Shown: one piece after another, positions 17,000 through 28,467 of the stretch
Layout: each line of letters starts with the position of its first letter
How positions within the stretch are numbered: position 1 is the first letter of the stretch
Made by a program: the position numbers and the translations under genes
Source: an uncultured Gammaproteobacteria bacterium
GTDB lineage: Bacteria; Patescibacteriota; Patescibacteriia; XYB2-FULL-38-15
Direction: 5' to 3'
Assembly (NCBI GenBank): GCA_965231095.1
Contig: OZ246416.1
Coordinates: 249,228 to 313,227 of the forward strand
DNA length: 64,000 nucleotides
Notes under the pieces: generated by a model
Database searches by the model: none
Seen by the model: only the letters and a program-made list of their open reading frames with translations
Told to the model about the DNA's origin: nothing

Positions 17000-18985
17000 A
17001 TGGAAAAACCAAAATCAAAATTTGATTTAGTCGGACTGAAAGACGTTTACGAGAAAACAGGATTGCATTTTCGCGATTACTGGGTTTTTTATTTAATGAG
17101 CGGCATCGGCTGGGTGCTCGCCATTTTTTATTTTATTTATCAATATACCCAGCATCAGTTTACTTTTTGGGATGATATAAAATTATTTGGCGGGGCGATT
17201 TCTCTTTTTCAACTTATTAATTATTCTTGGGTGGCGATTGTCGTTTTGGCGCTGGTCATCGGATCGTTTTTATATTCAAACGGCCGCGTCGCTTTACGTA
17301 AAAAAAATATCTTGGAAAAAGAATTGCAAAGAAGAAAAGAGGAGTATAAAAAAATAGTGGAAAATGTTCCCGTGAGCATTTTAACTTTAGATAAAAATGG
17401 GGTAGTGGTGTCGGCTAATCCGTATTTTACGGAGCTCTCGGGAAAATTAGTGGCGGAAAAGATTGGAAAAAATATTTTTGATTTTGGTTTTGTTGAAGAA
17501 TCAGAGGATTTGCAGATGAGATATAAAAGTTTGCTTGGGAAGGGCGAGCCTTTCAATTTTTTCAATTATACGCGCGACTCTTGGTCTCCTAAAAAATTTC
17601 TTAATTTTTATGCCGTGCCGTTAAAAAATAAAAGAGGTGAAATAGAGGGGGCGATATCCGTGGCGCAAGACAATACTGAAACGTTTATTGCGCTCGAAGA
17701 GGCAAGAGCCAGAGCTAAACAATTATATTTAATAAGCCAAGTTTCACGGGCGATTAATTCAGTTCTTAATTTAAGAGAGGTGCTTTGGTTGATTCTTAGA
17801 AACGCCGTTAAGCTGTCTAATGCGGTTTCAGGAGCGATTTTATTACTTGAGAATGAGGATGATTTAGTTATTAGGGAGGCTTACAACATGCCGCCAACCG
17901 CCGCCAATCTTAAAATAAAAATCGGTCAGGGACTTTGCGGCCATGCCGCGTTTATCAAGCAGTCATATTTTAGTAATGATGTTGAGAAAGACCCTTATTA
18001 TATCAGCAGGGCGGAAGTGCCAAGCGTAAAATCGGAATTAGCTGTGCCGATTCTTTTAGAAAAAAAAGTTATTGGGGTAATTAAAATTGACAGTGATGAA
18101 GCGGGGAGATTTAAAGACGAGGATGTTGAGTTAATGACAACTCTTGCCAATAATGCGGCGATTGCTATTGCCAATAGCCAGATGTATGGAGAAATAAAAG
18201 ATTTAAATAAAAATTTGGAAGAAAAGGTATTGCAGAGAACGGAAGAATTAAAAATTGCCAATCAAAAATTGGAAAAATCAATTGAATTAAAATCTCAGTT
18301 TATCGCTGACGCGTCGCATGAACTCAGGACGCCCCTTACTATAATGAAGGGAAATTTAGATATTGCTCTTTTAGATGAAAAAGCTGCCGCGAAAGATTTG
18401 CGAGAGTCTTTAAAAATAATTGACGAAGAAGTTGGGCATATGTCCGGGATCCTGGCCGACCTGATGATTTTGACGCACGCCGGAGCGGGGAAATTGAGCC
18501 TCAAGAAGAATCTGGCGAGTATTGATAATCTTTTGAAAATTACCGCGCAGTCAATGGAAATATTGGCAAAAGAAAAAAATATCAAAATTGGAATTGACTC
18601 AGATGAAAAAGTTATGGCAATGGTTGATGAAGATAAATTTTTAAAATTACTTTTGAATTTGGTTTCCAACGCGATCAAGTATGGCAAGAAAAACGGTTGG
18701 GTTAAATTATCGGTAGCTGACACGGATAAGGGGGTGAAAGTTATTGTGGCTGATAGCGGGATAGGTATTCCGGGAAACGAACTGCCTTTTATTTTTGAAA
18801 GATTTTATCGCGTCGATAAAGTCCGCACCAGGGAAAAAATCGGCGGTAGCGGCCTGGGGCTTGCGATTTGTAAATCAATTGTTGAAGCGCACGGCGGCCA
18901 GATTGATGTTTCAAGTATTCTCGGAGAGGGGAGTAAATTTATAATTCATTTGCCGAAAAAAAGTTTAGACTTTGGAGAGGGTTGA
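17000..18985 (+). CDS. Sensor histidine kinase (2 TM, PAS, GAF, HisKA, HATPase_c). The track start at 16988 is TTG; ATG at 17000.
   Basis: H-box FIADASHELRTPLT; G-boxes DSGIGIP and GGSGLGLAICK; a GAF-like middle region; a PAS-like region VPVSILTLDKNGVVVSANPYF. Confidence 0.85.
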   Translation: MEKPKSKFDLVGLKDVYEKTGLHFRDYWVFYLMSGIGWVLAIFYFIYQYTQHQFTFWDDIKLFGGAISLFQLINYSWVAIVVLALVIGSFLYSNGRVALRKKNILEKELQRRKEEYKKIVENVPVSILTLDKNGVVVSANPYFTELSGKLVAEKIGKNIFDFGFVEESEDLQMRYKSLLGKGEPFNFFNYTRDSWSPKKFLNFYAVPLKNKRGEIEGAISVAQDNTETFIALEEARARAKQLYLISQVSRAINSVLNLREVLWLILRNAVKLSNAVSGAILLLENEDDLVIREAYNMPPTAANLKIKIGQGLCGHAAFIKQSYFSNDVEKDPYYISRAEVPSVKSELAVPILLEKKVIGVIKIDSDEAGRFKDEDVELMTTLANNAAIAIANSQMYGEIKDLNKNLEEKVLQRTEELKIANQKLEKSIELKSQFIADASHELRTPLTIMKGNLDIALLDEKAAAKDLRESLKIIDEEVGHMSGILADLMILTHAGAGKLSLKKNLASIDNLLKITAQSMEILAKEKNIKIGIDSDEKVMAMVDEDKFLKLLLNLVSNAIKYGKKNGWVKLSVADTDKGVKVIVADSGIGIPGNELPFIFERFYRVDKVRTREKIGGSGLGLAICKSIVEAHGGQIDVSSILGEGSKFIIHLPKKSLDFGEG

Positions 18986-19145
18986 CAGTAAATAATAATT
19001 AAGATAAAGTTGTTTTTCATAGTTCTTTTAGATAATTTGAGTGGCCTACCGAAGTTTACCCACGGGGGTGATTTTGGCGGGCCACTCAAGGTGTTAGTGG
19101 GAAATGGGGGGGCGGTGATAAACAGTGGCACCGTAAGGTGCAGTG

Positions 19146-20129
19146 ATGGATAAAGAGAAAGGGAAAGAAAGGTCAAGGATTCTTCTTGAGCTCGGGGGCC
19201 AAGAGATGAGGATCACAAAAAGGCGATCCTTAATCCAGGGCGTACGTCCGAGCGCGGAGGAACTGTGGGCAAATGTCGGGAATGGCGGTGCCGTGCCGAT
19301 CATCTATCGAGATCTTCCTTACAAGCGGGTTCAAGCTAACCTTCAGGTTCCCGTGTCTTGCGGATGTGAGTTGGCGGTTTGGGGCAGAGAAAGAGGCTGG
19401 AGGGGCGGCTGTTCGTTTTGCGATATTGGAAGGTTCGCTCGCCACCGCTACTTGAATGTTTCGGAGGTACTGAGCTTGGTCGGCCTGATCCTCGGAAAAT
19501 CATCCCTGGCGGATCGTTTCTGGGGGAGACAAGAGAAGTGTCTCGTGATCTCCTTTTCAGCCGCCGGGGAACCGCTTCTGAGATGGGGGATGGTAAAGGA
19601 GGCCATAATAGCTCTCTCTCGGATTTTCGGGGAAAACGGCGTTCGAGTGTTCTTCTCGATCTGCACCGTTGGGGTTGCGGACGGGATTCGCGAGCTCCTG
19701 CACGATATCAGGTTCTGCGACGAATATCGCCTTCAACTGCGTTTCTCTCTGCACTTCACGTCCGATGAAGACCGAGGGAAGTTCATTCCTGCCAATGATC
19801 CCATTCGACGAATCGTCGAACTCGGGACGACCTACGCCGAAACCGTCGGGGTAAGGTTGGTCCTCCACTACGCACTGATCCAGGGAGTCAATGACTCGCG
19901 CGAACATGCACGAGCTCTGATCAAACTGCTCTACGACCGGAGGGAACACATCCTCGTACGCGTCTCGCGGATCAATCCTGATTGCGGCGCGGGAAAAGTC
20001 GAGCTCGCTCCTTCATCCAAAAGCCGGCGGAGGAAGTTCGTTAGACTTTTGAAAGAAGGAGGACTGGAATGTTCGCCAGTCTGGGAGGGCTACGCAAGAT
20101 GGGCGTGTAACGCCGCCCATTTCCGCTAA
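19146..20129 (+). CDS. RlmN/Cfr-family radical SAM protein (rRNA adenine-C methyltransferase-like) in a GC-rich block, with an atypical Cys motif
   Basis: Collinear with RlmN: CSFCDIGRFARHRYLNVSEVLS resembles CSTGQQGFNRNLRVSEI, and LIQGVNDSREHARALIKLL…VRVSRINPDCGAG…SSKSRRRKFVRLLKEGGLECS…ARWACNAAHF matches the RlmN C-terminus including the second conserved Cys. The N-terminal cluster is SCGCELAVWGRERGWRGGCSFC rather than CX3CX2C. Confidence 0.55.
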   Translation: MDKEKGKERSRILLELGGQEMRITKRRSLIQGVRPSAEELWANVGNGGAVPIIYRDLPYKRVQANLQVPVSCGCELAVWGRERGWRGGCSFCDIGRFARHRYLNVSEVLSLVGLILGKSSLADRFWGRQEKCLVISFSAAGEPLLRWGMVKEAIIALSRIFGENGVRVFFSICTVGVADGIRELLHDIRFCDEYRLQLRFSLHFTSDEDRGKFIPANDPIRRIVELGTTYAETVGVRLVLHYALIQGVNDSREHARALIKLLYDRREHILVRVSRINPDCGAGKVELAPSSKSRRRKFVRLLKEGGLECSPVWEGYARWACNAAHFR

Positions 20130-20162
20130 CAGCTTTGGCTTGTGGGGGATAGAAAAGGAGGT

Positions 20163-20203
20163 AAGAGGCTTATCTAAGGAGGAGATAGGCCTCTCTTTTT
20201 TTG
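20163..20203 (+). terminator. Terminator after the RlmN/Cfr-like gene
   Basis: agaggcttatct…agataggcctct hairpin followed by a T7 run. Confidence 0.4.
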
Positions 20204-20220
20204 CTTATTTTTAAATGGTG

Positions 20221-20249
20221 TTGACCTTTTTAGAAGAATATCTTATAAT
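20221..20249 (+). promoter_or_regulatory. Consensus sigma70 promoter of the atp operon
   Basis: TTGACC-17 bp-TATAAT. Confidence 0.5.
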
Positions 20250-20290
20250 ACCTAAATTATCTAAATTAAGATTAGGGTAAAATTAAATCT

Positions 20291-20566
20291 GTGGATAACT
20301 CTCTAAAACCGCAAGAAATAAAAGAAAAAAACCAGACTTGGTCTGCCCTTTCTTTGGCCTGGCAACTTGGCTATTCCATTGCCATCCCGATTGTTGTTTT
20401 TGCGCTGGGCGGAAGATTGCTTGATAAAAAACTTGGCACGTCGCCGTGGCTTTTATTATCAGGAGTTATTTTATCGCTCTTTCTTTCAACTTTTTTAGTT
20501 TACGTTAAAACAATTAAAATCTTGTCTGAAACGGGACGCGAAAATAAGGAAAATAAAAAAGAATAG
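20291..20566 (+). CDS. AtpZ/AtpI-like small membrane protein (GTG start)
   Basis: Two TM helices; located upstream of atpB. Confidence 0.5.
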   Translation: MDNSLKPQEIKEKNQTWSALSLAWQLGYSIAIPIVVFALGGRLLDKKLGTSPWLLLSGVILSLFLSTFLVYVKTIKILSETGRENKENKKE

Positions 20567-20587
20567 TTTTGATTTCCTAATCGTTTT

Positions 20588-21397
20588 ATGAATATCTCAC
20601 TGGCCGCTGAACCAATCTTTCATCTCGGGAGTTTCCCGGTTACCAATACTTTGCTCGTCGCTTGGGTAATAATTTTATTTTTAGTTGTCGTGGCGCTTGT
20701 CGTAAGAAGAAAAATAAAAGAAATACCCGCCGGTTTGCAAAATTTTGTGGAAGCAATTTTTGAGGGCGCTCTGAATTTTATGGAATCAATCACCGGCGAC
20801 CGCAAGCAAGCCAGAAAATTTTTTCCAATAGTTTTCACGATTTTTATTTTTGTGATTTTATCCAATTGGATTGAGGTTATTCCCGGGCTTGGAACAATTG
20901 GAATTTGGGAAGAGCATGGTGGAAAAACAATTTTAGTTCCGTTTATCCGTTCGGCTTCAGCCGACCTAAATGTTACTCTGGCTATTGCTATCGTCTCCGT
21001 TATTTCCACACAAATTTTTGGCATTATGGCTATTGGTTTTGGAAAATACGGAAAGAAATTTTTACCGTTTGGGGGTTTGTTTAAAATCAAATACGGTTTT
21101 TTGCCCGTTCCGTCGTTTAACGGTTTTGTTATGTTTTTTGCCGGTTTTTTGGAATTAATCGCTGAGCTCGCTAAATTTATTTCATTTTCCTTCCGGCTTT
21201 TTGGCAATATTTTTGCTGGTGAAGTTTTATTGACCGTGGTTAGTTTTTTAGTTCCATACATCGTGCCCTTGCCGTTTTTATTTTTAGAATTTTTTGTTGG
21301 ATTTATCCAGGCTTTGGTTTTTTCGATGTTGACTTTGGTATTTTTAAAAATGGCGGTGACAGAACACGAGCACGAAGAACACAAGGAAGCGCATTAG
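20588..21397 (+). CDS. atpB: F0F1 ATP synthase subunit a
   Basis: RLFGNIFAGEVLL… and conserved Arg-containing helix 4. Confidence 0.88.
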   Translation: MNISLAAEPIFHLGSFPVTNTLLVAWVIILFLVVVALVVRRKIKEIPAGLQNFVEAIFEGALNFMESITGDRKQARKFFPIVFTIFIFVILSNWIEVIPGLGTIGIWEEHGGKTILVPFIRSASADLNVTLAIAIVSVISTQIFGIMAIGFGKYGKKFLPFGGLFKIKYGFLPVPSFNGFVMFFAGFLELIAELAKFISFSFRLFGNIFAGEVLLTVVSFLVPYIVPLPFLFLEFFVGFIQALVFSMLTLVFLKMAVTEHEHEEHKEAH

Positions 21398-21522
21398 ATT
21401 GGTTCACGGTTTACGGTCAGCAGTGGTCGGACTGTTAACCATGGACTGTTAACTAATAACTAAATAAGCGACAGTTTATCACGCGACGTTAAATAAAAAA
21501 AACATTTCCCGTCGAAAAGTGA

Positions 21523-21810
<288 letters not shown>

Positions 21811-21878
21811 TCCACGGTTATGAAGTCCACGGCGAGAAATTGCCGCGGACTTAAAACTTTGAATTAAACTTTATAAAT

Positions 21879-22379
21879 ATGGAATTATTGGATAAATTGG
21901 GAATTGATTGGCGGCTCTTAATTGCTCAGCTTGTTAATTTTTTGATTTTGATCTTGATTTTGTATAAATTTTTATACAAGCCGCTTTTGAAGATGCTTGA
22001 GGGCAGAAAAGAAAAAATTGAAAAAGGTTTGCGCGATGCCGAGCAGCTTGGAGTGGAATTGGAAAAAACTAAAGAGTTGCGGGCGGAAGAAATCAAGAAA
22101 GCAAAAATTGAAGCGCGAGAAATTATTGAAGAGGCGGGGAAAAGAGCTGAAGCGGCGGGGGCGGAAACGAAACAGAAAACAAAAGCGGAGGTGGAAAAAT
22201 TAATTACTGTGGCAAAAAATCAGATGATTGCAGAAAAAGAAAAAATGATGGCTGAAGTCAGAAAAGAGGCGGTGGAATTGGTTCTCGCCGTGGCGGAAAA
22301 AGTTATCGGTAAAACTATTGACGTGAAAGCGCAGAAAAATTTAATCGAAGATACGCTTAGGGAAAATGGCGGAAAATAA
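21879..22379 (+). CDS. atpF: ATP synthase subunit b
   Basis: Single N-terminal TM followed by a long charged coiled-coil. Confidence 0.8.
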   Translation: MELLDKLGIDWRLLIAQLVNFLILILILYKFLYKPLLKMLEGRKEKIEKGLRDAEQLGVELEKTKELRAEEIKKAKIEAREIIEEAGKRAEAAGAETKQKTKAEVEKLITVAKNQMIAEKEKMMAEVRKEAVELVLAVAEKVIGKTIDVKAQKNLIEDTLRENGGK

Positions 22380-22393
22380 ATTTTTAAGATGTT

Positions 22394-22807
22394 ATGAAAA
22401 TAAAGCCGAAACAATTTGCTGTTGCTTTGTATGAAGCAGTGAAAGACGTCCCCAAGGAAAAAGTGCGGGGGATTTTGGATAATTTTATAAAAACGCTCGC
22501 GAAAAATAACGCGTTCCGTTTTGCGCCACAGATTATTGATTATTTTGTGAAATATGCCAACCGGGCGGAGGGGATTGCTGACTTGAAGATAAAAAGCGCT
22601 TCGTCAATTAAAGACGATTTATTAGAAAAAATAAAAAAATCCGCGCCGGAAATTTTAGGAAGAGATTTTAAAAAAATAAATATCGAGCAGGAAGTTAAGG
22701 AAGATCTGATTGGCGGTTTTATTATTGAATGTGATGATATGATTTTTGATGCAAGCATTAAAAATAAACTTCAAATATTAACTAAAAATTTAAATATAAA
22801 ATCTTAA
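22394..22807 (+). CDS. atpH: ATP synthase subunit delta (short OSCP)
   Basis: Position between atpF and atpA; OSCP-like helical N-terminus. Confidence 0.65.
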   Translation: MKIKPKQFAVALYEAVKDVPKEKVRGILDNFIKTLAKNNAFRFAPQIIDYFVKYANRAEGIADLKIKSASSIKDDLLEKIKKSAPEILGRDFKKINIEQEVKEDLIGGFIIECDDMIFDASIKNKLQILTKNLNIKS

Positions 22808-22814
22808 ATCTAAT

Positions 22815-24335
22815 ATGTCAGACGTTAATTTCATTATTGAAAATCTTAAAAAACAAATTGCCGAAGCAAGGGTTTCGTCCGGGACGGAAAAAGTCGGCCA
22901 TGTCGCGGAAATCGGCGACGGCATCGCGAGAATTACCGGACTCTCGGATTGCATGGCCGGAGAAATGCTTGAATTTATAAGTAGCGAAAAATCCGGTGAA
23001 TCGGTTTTTGGCGTGGCCTTAAATCTTGAAGAAGATATTATCGGCGCCATGATTTTGGGCGAACATGTGCACATCAAAGAAGGGGATACGGTTAAAAGTA
23101 CCGGCAGAATTTTGTCCGTGCCGGTTGGGGAAAATCTTATTGGCCGAGTCGTAAATCCCCTGGGCCAGCCAAAGGACGGCAAGGGCGCCATCAAGGAAAA
23201 TAAATTTTATCCAATTGAAAAAATTGCCCCGGGCGTTATTACAAGACAAAGCGTGAAGACTCCGCTCCAAACCGGGATTAAAGCCATTGATTCAATGATT
23301 CCAATCGGCCGTGGACAGCGAGAATTAATTATTGGCGATCGCCAAACCGGAAAAACGGCACTCGCGATTGATACGATTATCAACCAAAAAGGAAAAAATT
23401 GCGTTTGTATTTATGTGGCAGTCGGGCAGAAAGAATCAAAGATCGCGAAAATGGTGGCACAATTGGAAGAGTTCGGAGCAATGGACCATACAATTGTCGT
23501 GGCCGCCGGCGCCTCGGATCCGGCTTCACTTTCTTTTATCGCGCCTTACGCCGGTTGCGCCATGGGTGAATTTTTTATGGATCAAGGAAAAGACGCGCTT
23601 GTAATTTATGACGATCTTTCAAAACATGCCGCCTCTTACCGCCAAATTTCTTTGCTCCTTCGCCGACCGCCGGGACGCGAAGCTTATCCGGGCGACATTT
23701 TCTATTTGCATTCTCGTTTGCTTGAACGCGCCGCAAAGATGAATCCTGATTTTGGCGGCGGATCTTTAACCGCGCTTCCGATTATTGAAACTCAAGCTGG
23801 CGATGTTTCCGCCTACATTCCGACCAATGTTATTTCCATTACCGACGGCCAGATTTATTTGGAATCAGATTTATTTTATAAAGGCGTTCGCCCGGCGTTG
23901 AACGTCGGCCTTTCTGTCTCCCGCGTCGGTTCAGCCGCGCAAACAAAAGCGATGAAAAAAGTTGCCGGCCGTCTGCGACTGGATTTGGCGCAATATCGCG
24001 AACTTGAGGCTTTCGCCCAGTTTGCTTCTGATCTTGATGAAACAACAAGAAAACAACTTGAGCGCGGAAAAAGATTAGCGGAAATTTTAAAACAAGGACA
24101 ATATGTGCCAATGACCATGGAAAATCAAGTAGCAATACTTTACGCGGGCACAAACGGTTATCTTGATGAAGTACCGGTGGAGAAATTAAAAGAGTGGGAA
24201 GATAAATTCCACGCGTATTTGAAATCAGATTCAACTGACGTTTTGGCGGATATTGCGAAGAAAAAAGAACTGACTCCGGAAATTGAGGAAAAGTTAAAAA
24301 CAGCGATTGGGGATTTTAAGTCGACGCTCGTGTAA
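22815..24335 (+). CDS. atpA: ATP synthase subunit alpha
   Basis: Walker A GDRQTGKT and the typical alpha C-terminus. Confidence 0.95.
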   Translation: MSDVNFIIENLKKQIAEARVSSGTEKVGHVAEIGDGIARITGLSDCMAGEMLEFISSEKSGESVFGVALNLEEDIIGAMILGEHVHIKEGDTVKSTGRILSVPVGENLIGRVVNPLGQPKDGKGAIKENKFYPIEKIAPGVITRQSVKTPLQTGIKAIDSMIPIGRGQRELIIGDRQTGKTALAIDTIINQKGKNCVCIYVAVGQKESKIAKMVAQLEEFGAMDHTIVVAAGASDPASLSFIAPYAGCAMGEFFMDQGKDALVIYDDLSKHAASYRQISLLLRRPPGREAYPGDIFYLHSRLLERAAKMNPDFGGGSLTALPIIETQAGDVSAYIPTNVISITDGQIYLESDLFYKGVRPALNVGLSVSRVGSAAQTKAMKKVAGRLRLDLAQYRELEAFAQFASDLDETTRKQLERGKRLAEILKQGQYVPMTMENQVAILYAGTNGYLDEVPVEKLKEWEDKFHAYLKSDSTDVLADIAKKKELTPEIEEKLKTAIGDFKSTLV

Positions 24336-24353
24336 TAAACATAAATAACGTTC

Positions 24354-24374
24354 TTTTAACAAATACTTTTAAGA
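24354..24374 (+). repeat. Left arm of a 21-bp perfect inverted repeat flanking the GC-rich insert in the atp operon
   Basis: ttttaacaaatacttttaaga; its reverse complement occurs at 24725-24745. Confidence 0.6.
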
Positions 24375-24407
24375 GGTTCGTACATTTGAGATAGGGAGGA
24401 GAAGCAC

Positions 24408-24671
24408 ATGCTCGATTTCTCAAAACCGACGATTACCAGAGTTGACGAAGCGTTCGTCCATGACGGGAAAGGAGGCAGTAGATTGGTTCGTCCCGGTGAT
24501 CCGGTTGAACTCTTGGACCCCGGAAACGAGTTCATGCTGAAATGGCTCGGTCCCGGACCCTACATCATTTCGTGGATTGGCGAATGGCGGTGTGGTCGAA
24601 GATCTCTTTACTTGAAAACCGAGAAGGGCGGCGAACCGGGAGATCACGAAGGCAGATTCAAGTGTGTGTAA
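24408..24671 (+). CDS. Hypothetical protein (87 aa) in a GC-rich insert between atpA and atpG
   Basis: SD agggaggag 6 nt upstream of the ATG; about 52% GC against about 40% for flanking genes. Confidence 0.4.
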   Translation: MLDFSKPTITRVDEAFVHDGKGGSRLVRPGDPVELLDPGNEFMLKWLGPGPYIISWIGEWRCGRRSLYLKTEKGGEPGDHEGRFKCV

Positions 24672-24724
24672 CGAACGATGTTCTGTGCACCAGAACATGG
24701 GGAGGCGACCTACGTTTCCCCACT

Positions 24725-24745
24725 TCTTAAAAGTATTTGTTAAAA
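24725..24745 (+). repeat. Right arm of the 21-bp inverted repeat
   Basis: tcttaaaagtatttgttaaaa is the reverse complement of 24354-24374. Confidence 0.6.
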
Positions 24746-24774
24746 ACTAAATTCTTAATTCCTAAATTCCAGCA

Positions 24775-25680
24775 ATGGCAGTTTCTACTAAAATTTTACG
24801 CCGACGCATTAAATCCATCACTAACACCAAAAAAATTACCAAGGCGATGGAAATGGTGGCGGCTTCAAAAATGAGAAAAGCCCAACTGGCGACGCTCGCG
24901 ACTCGCGCTTACGCCAATCGGGCCTGGTCTTTGATTTCCGATTTGGCGGGAAAAACCGATTCCAAACTTCACTCATTTCTTACCAGGAAAGATAAAGTTA
25001 AAAAAGTTTGTGTGGTTTTGATTTCTTCCGACCGCGGACTTTGCGGCGGATTTAATGCGCAGATTATTAAAAAAATCGCGGAATTTTCTAAAAATTTGAT
25101 GGAGAAAAATATTGAAATGGAATTTATAACCGTGGGAAAAAAGAGCAAGGATTTTGCCGCCCGACATAAAATGAAAATAATTGCCGACTTTACGAATTTA
25201 GGCAGCGTGGTCCGGCTTGCGGAAATCAGGGCGGTCGGGAAAATAGTGATTGATGATTTTGCCGCGGGAAAATATGATGAAGTTTATCTTGCCTACACCG
25301 ATTTTATTTCCACCATATCTCAGCGCCCGAGAATTTTAAAACTTTTGCCCTTTTCTCGGGAGCGCGATTTGGATTTAGGGAAAGTTGGGAAAGAAAAAAT
25401 CGAAGAAGCGGAAGAAAAAGATCACGAATTTATTTTTGAACCGTCTCCCGATCAAGTTTTGGAATATATGCTGCCGAAAATGGCCGAGATGCAAATTTTT
25501 CAGGCAGTTTTGGAATCAAACGCTTCGGAACACTCCGCGAGAATGGTGGCGATGAAAAACGCGTCGGATTCCGCGGGGGATATGATCTTTGATTTAACTT
25601 TAATGTATAATCAAGTTCGCCAGTCGGCCATTACAAAAGAAATTATGGAAATTGTGAGCGGCAAGGCAGCGCTGGAATAA
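24775..25680 (+). CDS. atpG: ATP synthase subunit gamma
   Basis: IKSITNTKKITKAMEMVAASKMRKAQ… gamma N-terminus. Confidence 0.9.
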   Translation: MAVSTKILRRRIKSITNTKKITKAMEMVAASKMRKAQLATLATRAYANRAWSLISDLAGKTDSKLHSFLTRKDKVKKVCVVLISSDRGLCGGFNAQIIKKIAEFSKNLMEKNIEMEFITVGKKSKDFAARHKMKIIADFTNLGSVVRLAEIRAVGKIVIDDFAAGKYDEVYLAYTDFISTISQRPRILKLLPFSRERDLDLGKVGKEKIEEAEEKDHEFIFEPSPDQVLEYMLPKMAEMQIFQAVLESNASEHSARMVAMKNASDSAGDMIFDLTLMYNQVRQSAITKEIMEIVSGKAALE

Positions 25681-25688
25681 ATAATTAA

Positions 25689-27071
<1,383 letters not shown>

Positions 27072-27106
27072 AGATAACAATTAACAATTGACAGTTAACA
27101 ATCAAC

Positions 27107-27553
27107 ATGGCCGCAAAATTAAAATTTGAAATCATCACTCCCGAACGAGTTGTCCTGAAAGATGAAGTTGACCAAATAACCATTCCCACCGCGGAAGGGG
27201 AGATTACGGTTTTACCAAACCACATTCCCTTAATCGCCGTGCTTCGCCCCGGAGAAATTGTCGCTAAAAAGGGCGGCGAAGAAATTGCTATGTCCTGCTC
27301 CGGCGGATTTATTGAAGTGACAGGCGATAAAGTTTTGATTTTGGCCGACACCGCGGAAAAAGCGGAAGAACTCGTGGAAGCGGAAATTGAAAAAGCCAAA
27401 GAGCGAGCGCAAAAAATTATTGAAGAAAAACAAGTTGATACGGAAAAATATGCCGATGCCGCCGCTGGTCTTGAGCGCGAATTGGCAAGATTGAAAGTCG
27501 CGCGCAAACGCGGTCGAGCTCGCAGTGCGCCGAGCATTAGAGTTGAAGAATAA
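27107..27553 (+). CDS. atpC: ATP synthase subunit epsilon
   Basis: Beta-sandwich N-terminus (KFEIITPERVVL…) with a helical C-terminus. Confidence 0.85.
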   Translation: MAAKLKFEIITPERVVLKDEVDQITIPTAEGEITVLPNHIPLIAVLRPGEIVAKKGGEEIAMSCSGGFIEVTGDKVLILADTAEKAEELVEAEIEKAKERAQKIIEEKQVDTEKYADAAAGLERELARLKVARKRGRARSAPSIRVEE

Positions 27554-27651
27554 AATTATTTAAATATTAGAAACACCCTCTGACGCCTTCCCTGTTATTT
27601 TTTGGAAATTTCCAATAAATAATTGGGGAGGGGTTAGGAGGAGACGAAAAT

Positions 27652-28086
27652 ATGCAGCAGTACCCATTCAGAAATTTCCATCATGTTCCCGCCGTGGCCA
27701 TCTACTGTTTGGATCCGAGATTCCGAGAACAGCACGAACGGTTCATCGCTGGAGAGTTGGGCTTCGGGGAATTCGACCAGTATGTCTTTCCGGGCGGACC
27801 GAAAGTACTCGTGGACGAAGCCACACGAGCATTTTTTCTTGGCGCCATTGAGAAAGTCTCGATCGGACTTCACGGGGCCAAGGAAATAATCCTCATCGCT
27901 CATCGCGACTGCGGCGCCTATGGCGGATCCAAGAAATTCGGGAATCCGGCTGAAGAAAAAGCGACGCAGGTTGAAGACCTGAAGATCGCTCGTGGCGTTC
28001 TTGCCGAACGGTTTCCCGGGATCACCGTGACCATGTTCTACGCCGAGATCACTGGCGAATTCGTGGAGTTTTTCCCGGTAAACTAA
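27652..28086 (+). CDS. Beta-carbonic-anhydrase-like small protein (144 aa) in a GC-rich block
   Basis: Zinc-ligand motifs CLDPR (CxDxR) and HRDCGAYGG (HxxCG), spaced about 65 aa apart as in beta-CAs; SD gaggaggag. Confidence 0.4.
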   Translation: MQQYPFRNFHHVPAVAIYCLDPRFREQHERFIAGELGFGEFDQYVFPGGPKVLVDEATRAFFLGAIEKVSIGLHGAKEIILIAHRDCGAYGGSKKFGNPAEEKATQVEDLKIARGVLAERFPGITVTMFYAEITGEFVEFFPVN

Positions 28087-28187
28087 CCGCGAACGGTACA
28101 ACTGAATATTTTCCTACTCGATCCACTAAGGCCGTGCCTCGGTGGATTTTTTTGTAAAAAAAGACCGCACTCGTGGAGCGCAGTCAG

Positions 28188-28364
28188 CTAGTCCTCCTCA
28201 CCTTCGTGCATCGCGTGTTTACGCGATTGTGGCGTTCCGCCTCGTTCATCGGAGAGCGGGTCGTCTGGTTCGCCGAGATCGCCGCTGTGGCCTTCGTCCA
28301 AGACACAGGGTGGCTCATCCGGATTGTCGCTCGGAATTTCCTCCGGATCGGTTTTGCGGATCAT
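28188..28364 (-). CDS. Small acidic ORF (58 aa; MIRKTDPEEIPSDNPDEPP…)
   Basis: ATG preceded by agaggag; GC-rich block; overlaps the next small ORF. Coding status uncertain. Confidence 0.25.
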   Translation of the reverse strand: MIRKTDPEEIPSDNPDEPPCVLDEGHSGDLGEPDDPLSDERGGTPQSRKHAMHEGEED

Positions 28365-28467
28365 GCTTTTGACTCCTCTTATCTAGAGATAGGGAAATGA
28401 GAGCCGCAACCAAAGGAAGTGCCCATGCTATTGCCAGTGCCGCAGCCCACCAGATATTTTTTGACAT
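28315..28467 (-). CDS. Small membrane peptide (50 aa; MSKNIWWAAALAIAWALPLVAALISL…)
   Basis: ATG preceded by aaggag; one TM helix. Confidence 0.3.
   Translation of the reverse strand: MSKNIWWAAALAIAWALPLVAALISLSLDKRSQKHDPQNRSGGNSERQSG

Noticed and set aside
19036-19090. Riboswitch-like structured leader (possibly SAM-sensing) upstream of the RlmN/Cfr-like gene
   Set aside because: Only a single 10-bp closing stem (ttgagtggcc/ggccactcaa) is evident. There are no recognisable SAM-I/II conserved nucleotides, and it is more likely an insertion-boundary hairpin.
20620-21384. 254-aa minus-strand ORF antisense to atpB (similar antisense ORFs occur at 22790-23194, 43639-44199, 60973-61629, 26986-27537)
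   Set aside because: They fully overlap well-supported conserved genes on the opposite strand, with low-complexity or Cys/Lys-rich translations; they are shadow ORFs.
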